The position numbers and the translations under genes are program-made. The notes under the pieces are model-generated. The model saw only the letters and a list, made by a program, of their open reading frames with translations. It made no database searches and was not told the origin of the DNA. A DNA stretch of 64,000 bases from a phage: the sequence record PZ445134.1. The stretch is one strand, 5' to 3'. Below are positions 1 to 9,504 of this stretch, in pieces. Position 1 is the first letter of the stretch. Every line of letters starts with the position of its first letter.

Positions 1-125
1 GGACGATATTTCTGTTCTAGAATGTGTTCTTTGGAATTGATAGTAATCATGTAATTTTCCTCATTAACATTAAACTGGAGGATTTCTCCTCCATAATCAT
101 ATCACAATAAACGTAAAGCTTTGAC

Positions 126-812
126 TTAGAAGTCGTGAGTAGAATCGGCTTCCATTGCAATAACATAACTTACTTGAGAGCTTTCAAACTTGGCTGCAAC
201 TTTATCACCAGCTCCCCACAACATTACTTTATAGTTACCCGGCTGAATTTTCATATTAGCCATATTGATTACGAAGTTAAAGTTATTAGAACCATCATAA
301 TCGGTAAGAGTCAAAGAATACTTAGGACGAGTTAGTCCGGAATCTTCAACTTTATTATAGCCATTGATAACAATTTTACCATCTTTATTTGTAATAGCAA
401 TTGTATCAATCTGAAGACCACGTGAAACTCGAAGCAATTGTTGAAGGTCTTCAGCTTTAATTTCAGTAATCACAGAAGCCACTGGGAATTGAATTGGCTT
501 ATTAGGAAAAACAATGGTGCTCTTGTCAGCGGCAGGCCAATAAACCGTGGAACGTGTATCTGCAATTTTAATATTGCCATCGGTGTGCATTGAAATTTCA
601 GCATCATCAGACACTAGACTCAAAATGCTTAAGAAGCTATTCAAATCATAAAGTGCTACGTCAAAATCAATTTCATCAGAGATATTTGCTTCCGCATAAG
701 TGGTGCCATTAACTGCACGAGTCATAATAAATTTACCTTGACTCAGCAGAATGCCGGAGTTAATAGAGGCAAAGTTTTTCAGAATAGCGATAGTATCTTT
801 AGTCAGTTTCAT
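126..812 (-). CDS. 45: DNA polymerase sliding clamp gp45
   Basis: ORF track 126..827; N-terminus MKLTKDTIAILKNFASINSGI resembles T4 gp45 start; start moved to second Met; synteny with rpbA/46/47. Confidence 0.88.
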   Translation of the reverse strand: MKLTKDTIAILKNFASINSGILLSQGKFIMTRAVNGTTYAEANISDEIDFDVALYDLNSFLSILSLVSDDAEISMHTDGNIKIADTRSTVYWPAADKSTIVFPNKPIQFPVASVITEIKAEDLQQLLRVSRGLQIDTIAITNKDGKIVINGYNKVEDSGLTRPKYSLTLTDYDGSNNFNFVINMANMKIQPGNYKVMLWGAGDKVAAKFESSQVSYVIAMEADSTHDF

Positions 813-854
813 TTTATTTCCTTTCAAGACAATTCAAAGTTTATAACAAATTTA

Positions 855-1271
855 TTATGCAGCAACCATTTGCTTTTTAATAGCTTCAGGCAGTGATTCA
901 ATATATTCTGGAATTTTAGAAGCAACAATTTCGCCAGCTGCAATTAGTTGTTCGTCGGCATCAACACAGTAGAAATCTTCCAGACGCTCAGAACCATCTT
1001 TATCAAGAACGATTTTTCCGCCGGCTTCAATAGAATCTTTATAGTGCTTACGCATCAGATGAATCCACATATCAGATACATCGTTATCAATAAAACCATA
1101 AATCATAAAACGAGTTTCTTGTGGCAAAGATTGGAGTTTTTTAGCACTTGCGTCATCACAATGCAGGACCCATGCTTTACGAACACGATTATGGTTATGT
1201 GGGTTAGCGTCAGTACGGATAGAAGTAACTTTCAGATCAGCAGCAGTGAAACCTTTAGCAGTAGTAAACAT
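855..1271 (-). CDS. rpbA: RpbA-like RNA polymerase-binding protein (by position)
   Basis: 138 aa ORF between gene 45 and 46 as in T4; assignment is positional. Confidence 0.55.
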   Translation of the reverse strand: MFTTAKGFTAADLKVTSIRTDANPHNHNRVRKAWVLHCDDASAKKLQSLPQETRFMIYGFIDNDVSDMWIHLMRKHYKDSIEAGGKIVLDKDGSERLEDFYCVDADEQLIAAGEIVASKIPEYIESLPEAIKKQMVAA

Positions 1272-1283
1272 ATTATTTCTCTC

Positions 1284-1484
1284 TTATTCGTAGAAGTCGG
1301 TAACTGTCCATGCGGAATTGCGATTAGACATTATTTTATTATACTCATCTTTAAAAGCAGATTTGAGCATTTGTTCAGTAACAATATGTTCTTCACCTGA
1401 AAACGTATTGGTCAAAACATATTTTTTAATTTCAGGGACAACGAGAAGATGTTGGCCAGTTGAATACTCCATGTTGTTCTCCAT
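1284..1484 (-). CDS. hypothetical protein (45.2 position)
   Basis: 66 aa ORF, minus-strand array between rpbA and 46. Confidence 0.45.
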   Translation of the reverse strand: MENNMEYSTGQHLLVVPEIKKYVLTNTFSGEEHIVTEQMLKSAFKDEYNKIMSNRNSAWTVTDFYE

Positions 1485-1526
1485 TTAATTTGATGTGGTC
1501 ATTATAACCACATCGTGTTAAAGCAT

Positions 1527-3215
1527 TTATGAAACAGTCATTACCGTAAATCGTCCAACTTTGCTCATTTGAAGATGTTGTCCATACCGTTGAGGGTCAT
1601 GGTCTCGATGAGAGATAATGAACACATTAGTATTTTGTAAACTTCCGAGAATGGTATCTATAGCCTTAACAGCCTCAGAATCGACAGCACCATCAAAAAC
1701 CTCATCAAGAATCAGAGTGTTGATTTTAACACCGGAGACCTTTTCAGCAATATCTCGCCATGTAAACAACAATGCGATATCGATACGTGCCTTTTCACCT
1801 TGACTAAATGAAGCATAACTAAAATCTTCACGACCACGTGATTTTATAGATTCATTGAATTCTTCGTCAATAGAAAACACGTAATCAGCTTCCATGATTT
1901 TAAGATAATGGTTAATCTGCTTATTGAACAGAGGCACATATTTTTTAATGATAGCACCTTTAATACCAGAATCTTTTAACATATCTGTGATAATACCACG
2001 ATGGTATTTTTCAAGAACGATATCTGATTTTGTTTTAACGATTTTATCAAGTTCTTTTTGAAGCAAAGCTATCTCATCGGCATGGTCGATAAATTCTGCC
2101 GAGGCTTGTTCTATTGCAGCTTTAACTTTCTTAGCTTTATCAATAGTGGCAATCATTGCTTGTTTCTTGGTACGAATATCAGATGCAAGGTCCTGTTTAG
2201 TCTTAACATTAGCTCTATATTCGTCCACTAGGACACTCAGATTATCTCTGTGACATGTAAGTTGCTCGAATGAGTTATTACATTCGTGAAGCTTATCGGT
2301 AATCTTAGAGACAATAGGATCACCCTGGTGCAACTGTGATGCACAAGTAGGACACGTACCACCATCATGATACATCTTAATAACTTTGTTATACGAGTCA
2401 ATTTTAGATTTAATCAAGAATGCTTCTTGTCCTATCTTGTTAAATGCCTCAGTAGGGTCTTCATCAAGAACGATATTAAGTAGTCGCTCATTAGCTTCTT
2501 CGATTTCTGCTTTTAATGAACGAGCTTCTTTGGCTAGGTCGTCATACATATTCTGTAGACGCGCTACATTATCACCAGATAATTTCTTTTGACGTTCGAT
2601 ATTCTCGTTATAAATCTTAATTTGTTGGATAACACCATCTTTCTTGGCATCGAGAACTTGTCCCTGGGAATTAAGTTCTCGAACTTGAGACTTATTGATT
2701 TTATCCATTTCAGCGAGTGTGCCGACTTCTAAAAGGTCTTCGACAAGTTTTCTGCGAGCAGGGGTGCTAAGAGCCATGAAAGGGGTATACCCTGCCGTCC
2801 CAAGCACAACGATTTGTTTAAAAGACGCGTATGACATTCCGATGCTACGTTCAAATTCTTCTTGGAAGTCACGACTGCTGGCAGATTCATCAAGACGAAC
2901 ACCGTCAACGGAGATTTCGAAAATATTGGGCTTTTGGCCACGTTTAATGAAGTATTTTTTATCATCGAATTCCATCCAAAGCTCAACTAAGAGCCCTTTC
3001 TTGTTCGTGCTATTAATGATTTGCCCTTTCTTAACGTCACGAAATGGTTTACCGAAAAGTCCGAAAGTAACGGCTTCTAACATCGTAGATTTACCACCAC
3101 CATTTTTACCAGTGATTAATGTCTTTTGGACTTTATCTAATTGGATATCAATAGGATTCCCGCCTACCGACATGATGTTTTGATAACGAACACGATTTAA
3201 TTTAAATGATTTCAT
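1527..3215 (-). CDS. 46: recombination endonuclease subunit gp46 (Rad50/SbcC-like)
   Basis: 562 aa; Walker A GKNGGGKST near N-terminus; long coiled-coil middle; CPTC zinc hook; matches T4 gp46 length 560 aa. Confidence 0.9.
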   Translation of the reverse strand: MKSFKLNRVRYQNIMSVGGNPIDIQLDKVQKTLITGKNGGGKSTMLEAVTFGLFGKPFRDVKKGQIINSTNKKGLLVELWMEFDDKKYFIKRGQKPNIFEISVDGVRLDESASSRDFQEEFERSIGMSYASFKQIVVLGTAGYTPFMALSTPARRKLVEDLLEVGTLAEMDKINKSQVRELNSQGQVLDAKKDGVIQQIKIYNENIERQKKLSGDNVARLQNMYDDLAKEARSLKAEIEEANERLLNIVLDEDPTEAFNKIGQEAFLIKSKIDSYNKVIKMYHDGGTCPTCASQLHQGDPIVSKITDKLHECNNSFEQLTCHRDNLSVLVDEYRANVKTKQDLASDIRTKKQAMIATIDKAKKVKAAIEQASAEFIDHADEIALLQKELDKIVKTKSDIVLEKYHRGIITDMLKDSGIKGAIIKKYVPLFNKQINHYLKIMEADYVFSIDEEFNESIKSRGREDFSYASFSQGEKARIDIALLFTWRDIAEKVSGVKINTLILDEVFDGAVDSEAVKAIDTILGSLQNTNVFIISHRDHDPQRYGQHLQMSKVGRFTVMTVS

Positions 3216-3466
3216 ATGTATTCTCTTCGAATGAAGTCCTCTACATATTTTAACATGTCATCTCTATCAGCAAAATATTCATCTAGTTCTGCATACATAA
3301 CAACACCTGGCGCGTACTCACAGGTAACATACATTGTTCCAAAGAAACGAGGAGTTGATTCCTCGTAATTCTCAGTCCATTCAACGACGCCAATATAACC
3401 GTCACCAATACTAAATTCATGACGATGGATTTCATAATCAGTCTTCGTCATTATACGCGTCCTCAA
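3212..3466 (-). CDS. hypothetical protein (46.1 position)
   Basis: 84 aa ORF overlapping gp46 start by 4 nt. Confidence 0.45.
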   Translation of the reverse strand: MRTRIMTKTDYEIHRHEFSIGDGYIGVVEWTENYEESTPRFFGTMYVTCEYAPGVVMYAELDEYFADRDDMLKYVEDFIRREYI

Positions 3467-3695
3467 TACACGCTTCAGCCATTTTAAGAATAGAGCCAGG
3501 AGTATCGTTGTCCATTATATTAAAGCTAAATTCAACAGCCCAGTCGGTGCAGACATGAACTGCTTTAACTTCATTACCTTCAACGCGTAATGGCTCAATC
3601 CAATACTTGATAGTGTTCTCGAATCCATCATCATCTTTAACGTCCATTTCAACTTCAAGCCTGAGTCCAGCATTGTTAAATTCATCTAAAGTCAT
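3438..3695 (-). CDS. hypothetical acidic protein (46.2 position)
   Basis: 85 aa ORF in array. Confidence 0.45.
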   Translation of the reverse strand: MTLDEFNNAGLRLEVEMDVKDDDGFENTIKYWIEPLRVEGNEVKAVHVCTDWAVEFSFNIMDNDTPGSILKMAEACIEDAYNDED

Positions 3696-4711
3696 TGTGT
3701 TGCCTCAATATAAAGTTCGTTGGAATATTTGACCAGCGCTTCTCTGTCTTCGTCTGAGATATCTGGAATCGCGTCAATATATTCTTTAATGATATCTTGA
3801 AGAGATTTAATCTCGATTTCCTGGTCGTCATCAGATTCAACACTGTTATCAACTTTAGAAACCATACGAAGAGAGTGAACTACTTTTTCAAGTTCAGATT
3901 CAAACTTAGTCAACTCTGAATCAATTTCTGATACTATAACACGTACGGCTAGATTAGTATAATCAGAATAATTGATTTTGCCTTTAAACGGATAAGTGAT
4001 TCGTCGATGCCATGTTGTTTCGTTAGGAATAAATTCCATACGTTCAACATCAGTGTCAAATACCCAAAATCCGCGCGGGTCGTTCTCATCACCTGCAGTA
4101 AGGGTCCATGGTGTCCCAATATATTTGACGTTAGCAGCTTCAGAGATTGTGTGGAAGTGGCCGGACCAGACTTGTTTATAGGTCTTTAAGAAATCAGGTT
4201 CAAGCCCATGAGACTTCATTCCTTTATAGAAATAAAAACCATTCAGTTCCCAGTGCCCAACACAATACGCTGCGGAAGAAGTCTTGATGTGCTCTAAGAT
4301 TTCACCTGTATTTTCTTCGCACATCCATGGAACGATATCAATCAGACATCCGTCAAAATCTACAGTAGTTGGATGCTCGTAAATAGTAAAGTTTTCAAAT
4401 TGAGTTAACAATTCAGAAACAGTGTTAGGTGTTATTGTATTCTTAAACGCCATGTCATGGTTTCCTATCGTGACATGAACGTGAATGCCTGCTTTAGAAA
4501 TCATATCAACGATTTCACGATTGAATTCCATTGTACGATGTGTTATTGCTTTACGGACGTCAAACCAATCACCGTACTGAATCCAAGTTTTAATCCCATG
4601 TTTCTTAGAGTATTCAATTGCTTGACGAATACCATCACGTTGAATATCTTGAACCCATGGGTCGTCTTGTTTGACTCCGATATGGAAGTCGCCTAAGTGC
4701 AAAATTTTCAT
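3692..4711 (-). CDS. 47: recombination nuclease gp47 (Mre11/SbcD-like)
   Basis: 339 aa; calcineurin-like phosphoesterase motifs DFHIG, GDWFD, GNHD, GHWE; same length as T4 gp47. Confidence 0.9.
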   Translation of the reverse strand: MKILHLGDFHIGVKQDDPWVQDIQRDGIRQAIEYSKKHGIKTWIQYGDWFDVRKAITHRTMEFNREIVDMISKAGIHVHVTIGNHDMAFKNTITPNTVSELLTQFENFTIYEHPTTVDFDGCLIDIVPWMCEENTGEILEHIKTSSAAYCVGHWELNGFYFYKGMKSHGLEPDFLKTYKQVWSGHFHTISEAANVKYIGTPWTLTAGDENDPRGFWVFDTDVERMEFIPNETTWHRRITYPFKGKINYSDYTNLAVRVIVSEIDSELTKFESELEKVVHSLRMVSKVDNSVESDDDQEIEIKSLQDIIKEYIDAIPDISDEDREALVKYSNELYIEATQ

Positions 4712-4734
4712 ATTATTTCCTCATTAGTTAATTC

Positions 4735-4760
4735 ATTCTATCATCCGCTTATAAAGCAAA
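4735..4760 (-). promoter_or_regulatory. candidate MotA-dependent middle promoter for 47-46
   Basis: minus-strand TTTGCTTTA (MotA box) followed after 11 nt by TAGAAT, about 25 nt upstream of gp47 ATG with SD GAGGAA. Confidence 0.4.
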
Positions 4761-4783
4761 AAAAAGGAACTCCGAAGAGTTCC
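4758..4783 (-). terminator. rho-independent terminator
   Basis: minus-strand GGAACTC-TTCG-GAGTTCC hairpin followed by T8; directly after stop of small ORF 4783..4956. Confidence 0.7.
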
Positions 4784-4956
4784 TATCCACATAGTACACC
4801 ATACAGAGGCTCATTTGAACTTTTAAATCGAATGGGCTTGTATGTAATAGTTCCTTCGGCTTTAGCTTTATCATAAGACTCTTTAAAACGCCTCATTCTT
4901 TCTGCTTTGCCTTTACGGATTTTATCGAAATTTTCAGAGGTCAGGTCGTTCGTCAT
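4783..4956 (-). CDS. small hypothetical protein (57 aa)
   Basis: hand-translated ORF below track cutoff: MTNDLTSENFDKIRKGKAERMRRF...; ends at terminator. Confidence 0.3.
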   Translation of the reverse strand: MTNDLTSENFDKIRKGKAERMRRFKESYDKAKAEGTITYKPIRFKSSNEPLYGVLCG

Positions 4957-4995
4957 GCATAATCACCTCTCAGAAAATACCTAAATCGATTTCTC

Positions 4996-5217
4996 TCATC
5001 GTTTCCACCATTTCTTAACTTGAAATGAGTCAACCCACACGAGTTGTTTTGGGTCGGCCCTTATAACAGGTGGACAAATTTCTGTAATAGAACTGTCGTG
5101 ATATTCCTTTTCAGAGATTTTAACACAAAGAGGACCTCCCAATTTAAGGGTGAACCCTGCGTTCAGCTTAAGACGTTTAAACTTTGTTTGAACTAGCGCC
5201 ATTAATGATGTCCTCAA
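4996..5217 (-). CDS. hypothetical protein
   Basis: 73 aa ORF between 47 and 55. Confidence 0.4.
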   Translation of the reverse strand: MRTSLMALVQTKFKRLKLNAGFTLKLGGPLCVKISEKEYHDSSITEICPPVIRADPKQLVWVDSFQVKKWWKR

Positions 5218-5500
5218 TAGCCTGACGAGTAGTAACCCACTGGATTTTAATTAACTTGTCATTATATGGTTGTCGTAGAATATCCCGAGATTTCTTAATA
5301 GCATATTCGTAAGCTTCGAAGTTGTTTTGAATTGCTGCTTCTTGAGCATGAGCATAAAGACGGTTTAGTTCAAAACGATTCTTTTTAAGAATCTTTTCGG
5401 ATTTTTTACGTGCTTCAGCTTCATTTTTCTTTTGGATTTCTTGTAGCATTTTAGCTACTGCATCTTCTGCTTCTTTATTTTCAATAATCTCGGTAGTCAT
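5177..5500 (-). CDS. hypothetical coiled-coil protein
   Basis: 107 aa, charged helical sequence. Confidence 0.45.
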   Translation of the reverse strand: MTTEIIENKEAEDAVAKMLQEIQKKNEAEARKKSEKILKKNRFELNRLYAHAQEAAIQNNFEAYEYAIKKSRDILRQPYNDKLIKIQWVTTRQAIEDIINGASSNKV

Positions 5501-5501
5501 A

Positions 5502-5711
5502 TTATCTCATTAAATTAAAATAAAAACGTCCATCCTCTTCAATACAGAACTCATACTCAACCGGAGTCCCATTTATCGAAAATGACACGTCATGTGGGTT
5601 CAAAGGGTCGATGTCAAAATTAATTTTAAATTCACGACCCAACAGTTTTACCAAATAAGGGATTGCTTCGTCAAAAGGTTCTTCTAAGTAGTTAGAGATG
5701 TCAATTGTCAT
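5502..5711 (-). CDS. hypothetical protein
   Basis: track ORF 5502..5795 trimmed to Met at 5711 to avoid 95 nt overlap with gene 55. Confidence 0.4.
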   Translation of the reverse strand: MTIDISNYLEEPFDEAIPYLVKLLGREFKINFDIDPLNPHDVSFSINGTPVEYEFCIEEDGRFYFNLMR

Positions 5712-6258
5712 CCTCATATAAAAAATCCAAACTAGGCGAATCGCTAACAACTTCCTTCTTTTCAGCCCCAGGAGCTTTATAAGCGGATTCTTCATAATGC
5801 GTCATTTTATCGTAGATGTCTTGAATAAACGTTTCATCTACCAACGCTACCATATCATCGTCATGACTGTCGTAGACGTTATGAACGAAGTAACTATATT
5901 TCTTTGCAACTTCCTTACGTTCTTTTTTGATACGTTGGACAAAAGCATTAAAACAAGCTCGAGTTATGTATGCATGTGGGTTATTGTACTTAGTTTCGTC
6001 GAAATTATGAAGACCCTTAATAGAGGCTTCAATCCCATCTGCAATCATCTCCTGCTTCCAAGACTGGGTATATCCTGAAAAGTTGAAACGTTTGGACAGG
6101 CCTTCGGCGATAAGCATAATTGCTAAACCGATGGTATCATTCTGACGAATAATTTTGTTTGGGTCTTTATTATTTAAGAGCTCCTTTTTCCACTCGATTA
6201 TAGCGGCGAGAAGCTCTTTATTATTCACATAGTTATTTTTAGGTTTTTGTTCAGTCAT
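5701..6258 (-). CDS. 55: late transcription sigma factor gp55
   Basis: 185 aa; strong resemblance to T4 gp55 ([58 protein letters not shown]). Confidence 0.92.
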   Translation of the reverse strand: MTEQKPKNNYVNNKELLAAIIEWKKELLNNKDPNKIIRQNDTIGLAIMLIAEGLSKRFNFSGYTQSWKQEMIADGIEASIKGLHNFDETKYNNPHAYITRACFNAFVQRIKKERKEVAKKYSYFVHNVYDSHDDDMVALVDETFIQDIYDKMTHYEESAYKAPGAEKKEVVSDSPSLDFLYEDDN

Positions 6259-6413
6259 AAGTACCTCTTAGCTCAATTCATAGGTCTATTATATCATAAT
6301 ATTTAGAGACCTATCTTAAAGCACGAGATACTATCAAAGATACATAACTTTCATAAAGTTGTCGACTTAAAATTCACCAAACTTTTATTCGGTTATAGTA
6401 ATTCGAGATAGTT

Positions 6414-6641
6414 TCATTCTATTTCCTTTGCTGCAAATAAGGCAGCATCCAACGAATCAAATTGGTCAACGAAATCAATATTCAATGCATCGTCATCCGT
6501 AGCATATAACCACCATTGTTTGAATTCGTATTCTAGAATAAATCCAGGACCTTCAATCTGAGGAAGACCTAGACTATTTGTACTAACTTCATAACCAGCT
6601 AGACGCAGGTCATTAATCAAAGTTTCTGTTAATACGTTCAT
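6414..6641 (-). CDS. hypothetical protein
   Basis: 75 aa ORF. Confidence 0.45.
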   Translation of the reverse strand: MNVLTETLINDLRLAGYEVSTNSLGLPQIEGPGFILEYEFKQWWLYATDDDALNIDFVDQFDSLDAALFAAKEIE

Positions 6642-6970
6642 TTTACCGCCTTAACAATTTTCAGGTCAACGAATTTTTTCTTACGTTGATTTTTCATACG
6701 ACGGATAGTCTTTTCAGAGATTTCATGTTTCTGATAAGCTTTAGATTCAACACCAAATGCAGCAACGTCAAATTCAGAAAGAATATATTGTACTAGAATT
6801 TCACGAATAGAATTACGTCCAATTTTCTGGTCGTGTTTTTGCATGATTTCATAAAGACGGAATTCCCACGCGTCAAGAACTTGAGGAGTAACAATATTGC
6901 CGGATTCAAGAAGAGCAACAACTTTATCGAAAGCGAAAGAATTAACTACGTTTTTGATTTTAGTAGACAT
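6638..6970 (-). CDS. hypothetical protein
   Basis: track ORF 6638..7009; start moved to Met at 6970 preceded by SD GAGGAA, because the upstream part overlaps the promoter. Confidence 0.45.
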   Translation of the reverse strand: MSTKIKNVVNSFAFDKVVALLESGNIVTPQVLDAWEFRLYEIMQKHDQKIGRNSIREILVQYILSEFDVAAFGVESKAYQKHEISEKTIRRMKNQRKKKFVDLKIVKAVK

Positions 6971-6988
6971 ATTATTTTCCTCGGTTAT

Positions 6989-7037
6989 TTTATTATCCAA
7001 TGAGAGCATTATACTCTGCTCTCAAGAGTTTGTAAAT
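6989..7037 (-). promoter_or_regulatory. early promoter with dyad symmetry (PeSL-like); copy 1 of a 49-bp duplicated cassette
   Basis: minus strand TTTACA -35, 17 bp, TATAAT -10 flanked by inverted arms GAGAGCA/TGCTCTC; near-identical to 38299..38347. Confidence 0.55.
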
Positions 7038-7039
7038 CG

Positions 7040-7252
7040 TTATCCGAACTTTTTAGCGCCTTTCCAGCCTTCGTACATAACTGCACAAGTCAGTAATACA
7101 GCGTGCTGGCATTCTTTGTATTTGTAAATCCAGAACCAGCGTAAAAAGTCTTCATCCTCAACACCGTTGAGTTTCATGTTGGCAAAGAATTCGGCACGTT
7201 CTTCACGAAGTTGCCATGACACAATATTTTCAGGATTCATTTTGTGTTCCAC
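7040..7252 (-). CDS. hypothetical protein
   Basis: 70 aa ORF. Confidence 0.45.
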   Translation of the reverse strand: MEHKMNPENIVSWQLREERAEFFANMKLNGVEDEDFLRWFWIYKYKECQHAVLLTCAVMYEGWKGAKKFG

Positions 7253-7371
7253 GCCCCGTTTTCGTCGATGAACTTAATCCAGTCATTTACAGACCATTTA
7301 GTTGTGTCACCCTTTGGATTAACATTTAAAGTATATAATCCCTGCTTAAAAAGCATTCGTTTGATATTCAT
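7237..7371 (-). CDS. small hypothetical protein
   Basis: track ORF 7237..7464 trimmed to internal Met with SD GAGGAAA; 44 aa. Confidence 0.3.
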   Translation of the reverse strand: MNIKRMLFKQGLYTLNVNPKGDTTKWSVNDWIKFIDENGAWNTK

Positions 7372-7378
7372 AATTTCC

Positions 7379-7672
7379 TCAACTGTAACGATAACATTCG
7401 TTAGCTTTACGTTTGGCTTCAGTATGAGAAGTATTATAATCATAATCTTCTTTACTGTAAACATCTTTTTTCAACTTACGAACTTCTTTGCGGAGTTGTC
7501 GATTCATTTCGTTCTTGACTTCAGAATCAACGCCTTTCATACGTTTCCATTTATCCGAGCGGAAAATGTTTTCAACCATGTCTTTGTGGCTAACACCGTC
7601 AGGAGCTTTACGTTTACCAAAATAGTCGTAATCACGAACTTTCAAATCTTTACGACGATACGTTTTACCCAT
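7379..7672 (-). CDS. hypothetical basic protein
   Basis: track ORF 7379..7699 trimmed to Met at 7672 with SD GAGGT. Confidence 0.4.
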   Translation of the reverse strand: MGKTYRRKDLKVRDYDYFGKRKAPDGVSHKDMVENIFRSDKWKRMKGVDSEVKNEMNRQLRKEVRKLKKDVYSKEDYDYNTSHTEAKRKANECYRYS

Positions 7673-7679
7673 AAGTACC

Positions 7680-8090
7680 TCAGAGGTTGATTGATACAAT
7701 GCGTTTGATAAAATTCACTTCACTTACTGAAAGGTCTTTAAGACCGATTGATTCTAAACGCTGAGTAAGCGTCAACATCGGGATATAGTCCCAATGTGTT
7801 TTAGACGTTTGATAAGTACGGACGCCATTAGCAATTTCAACGTTCAAATCAGAAATGGTAATGAATACCAGACGTTCGTTGTTTACATTAAGAGTTAGAA
7901 CAACTTTCTTCGAATTCAGACTAATCATTTTGTTTTCCTCTATAGTAGATGGTTTAATCTTAACACATCTATTGAGGATGTAAACTGTTTTATGAAAATA
8001 TTTTCGATTTGAGAGGGGCACAAGGAGATAGTGAAGTGAAGATTCCAATTGGATTATATTAGAAATGAGATAAAGAAGACCAGGCGGCAC
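7680..8090 (-). CDS. hypothetical protein
   Basis: 136 aa ORF. Confidence 0.45.
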   Translation of the reverse strand: MPPGLLYLISNIIQLESSLHYLLVPLSNRKYFHKTVYILNRCVKIKPSTIEENKMISLNSKKVVLTLNVNNERLVFITISDLNVEIANGVRTYQTSKTHWDYIPMLTLTQRLESIGLKDLSVSEVNFIKRIVSINL

Positions 8091-8094
8091 CTGG

Positions 8095-8418
8095 TCAATC
8101 TTCTATGATATCAGAGTCATATCCTAATGAAATCAAGGACTTTTTAAACTCTGCAATATTCTTTTGTTTCTTATCATTTAAAAATATGACAGGATAACGA
8201 ATATTAAGTGAAGTGAATCCTGCACGTTTAGCAAGAGATACGATTAAAGGACGGTCATATTCAATCTTACCATTATTAGTGAGGACTTTATAAAATGTAT
8301 AAGGAGCATTGAGCTCCTTTAAAAGTTTTGTAACAGTATAACATCCTGGACAACGTCCTACTTCTTCAGGGATGCCATAGATTTCAATCTTGTTCTTTAA
8401 GTTCGAGTTTTGTTCCAC
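8095..8418 (-). CDS. nrdH: glutaredoxin-like protein NrdH
   Basis: CPGC redox motif in KIEIYGIPEEVGRCPGCYTV; upstream of nrdG/nrdD; start uncertain, GTG at 8416-8418 proposed. Confidence 0.55.
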   Translation of the reverse strand: MEQNSNLKNKIEIYGIPEEVGRCPGCYTVTKLLKELNAPYTFYKVLTNNGKIEYDRPLIVSLAKRAGFTSLNIRYPVIFLNDKKQKNIAEFKKSLISLGYDSDIIED

Positions 8419-8701
8419 GAGAAATAATTCCTTGGTAAGCCCAATAAGGAGGATTAACAGAATCCTCGCCAGAGTTTTCTTCAGGAAAATAAACCTGGAT
8501 AACAAATCCAGATTCATCAAAGGTAAAATAAACTGTAGGTAATTCACCTAACAATTCAGCACGATTATTAATTTCTTCGAGTTCTCGTTCACATCCAGCC
8601 CAAAAACTAGGATTTAAACTACATTCGTAAAAATAATAGTCATTACCGAACATATCAAAACCATTCCAACTCTCAACCACATACCGCTCAAAACTAATCA
8701 T
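8384..8701 (-). CDS. hypothetical protein
   Basis: 105 aa ORF. Confidence 0.45.
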   Translation of the reverse strand: MISFERYVVESWNGFDMFGNDYYFYECSLNPSFWAGCERELEEINNRAELLGELPTVYFTFDESGFVIQVYFPEENSGEDSVNPPYWAYQGIISRGTKLELKEQD

Positions 8702-8703
8702 AA

Positions 8704-8943
8704 TTAAGCCTTTTTATCAAGAACAGAATTCAGTTTATTAGTAATTTTGTCCAAACGTTCATTGAATTCGCTGGAGGATAAACCCTTTTCAGGAGAAATT
8801 AAACTAATCACGAAAAATACAACAGTAAAAGGAATAAGAAAAATAGCTCCAACTGCCATAAACAAAAAGAACGTTACAGTTGTAAGAAAATCAGCTAAAC
8901 CTTTACGAAATTTATACATATTTACCCTTAATTGATTAACCAA
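8704..8943 (-). CDS. small membrane protein
   Basis: 79 aa with hydrophobic segment FLFMAVGAIFLIPFTVVFFVISLI. Confidence 0.45.
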   Translation of the reverse strand: MVNQLRVNMYKFRKGLADFLTTVTFFLFMAVGAIFLIPFTVVFFVISLISPEKGLSSSEFNERLDKITNKLNSVLDKKA

Positions 8944-9033
8944 ACATTGATAAACACTAAACTATATTGCGAATAAAATTCTGGACCAAAACGAAAAATC
9001 ATATCATTTATAGTATCCATAGTGTAATTCAAT

Positions 9034-9504
9034 TTAATCATGTTTCCACACCCCGTCGGTATTTGTCCAAAGTCGCTGATTATCTGATCCTCGCCACAGT
9101 TTTTTGGTCGGAAGATTTTTCTCATACTTCCCATCAATAATAACATCAACATATTTAAGCATTTCTAGTTGTTTAATATCTTCAAACTTATATCCTGTCC
9201 ACAACCAAATGCTTTTATTGGGATAAAGTTTTTTTACTGTTTGAACAATGCAATGAACAACATCTTGGTTATCAGGATAGAGAGGGTCTCCTCCAGTTAT
9301 AGTTAATCCTTCTATATAATCGTTATTCAAACATTCAATTAATTGTTCCAGCGTTTCACCGGTGAATGGGATACCATTTCTAGCGTTCCATGTTGATTTA
9401 TTATAACACCCCTCGCATTTATGCAAACAACCTGTAACGAAAAGAACGACCCTGCAACCGGGGCCATTCACAAAATCGCAAGGATAAAATCTATCATAAT
9501 TCAT
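9034..9504 (-). CDS. nrdG: anaerobic ribonucleotide reductase activating protein NrdG
   Basis: 156 aa; radical-SAM cysteine cluster GCLHKCEGCYN; overlaps nrdD stop. Confidence 0.88.
   Translation of the reverse strand: MNYDRFYPCDFVNGPGCRVVLFVTGCLHKCEGCYNKSTWNARNGIPFTGETLEQLIECLNNDYIEGLTITGGDPLYPDNQDVVHCIVQTVKKLYPNKSIWLWTGYKFEDIKQLEMLKYVDVIIDGKYEKNLPTKKLWRGSDNQRLWTNTDGVWKHD

Noticed and set aside
948-1400. 150-aa plus-strand ORF
   Set aside because: Lies antisense within rpbA and the 45.2-position gene; no SD; shadow ORF of the minus-strand genes.
2695-3183. 162-aa plus-strand ORF
   Set aside because: Antisense inside gene 46, which has a clear Rad50-like product on the minus strand.
7244-7690. 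148-aa plus-strand ORF
   Set aside because: Antisense to two minus-strand ORFs with SD sequences; low-complexity hydrophobic translation typical of AT-rich antisense frames.
8928-9152. 74-aa minus-strand ORF
   Set aside because: Overlaps the start region of nrdG in another frame; nrdG assignment is strong.
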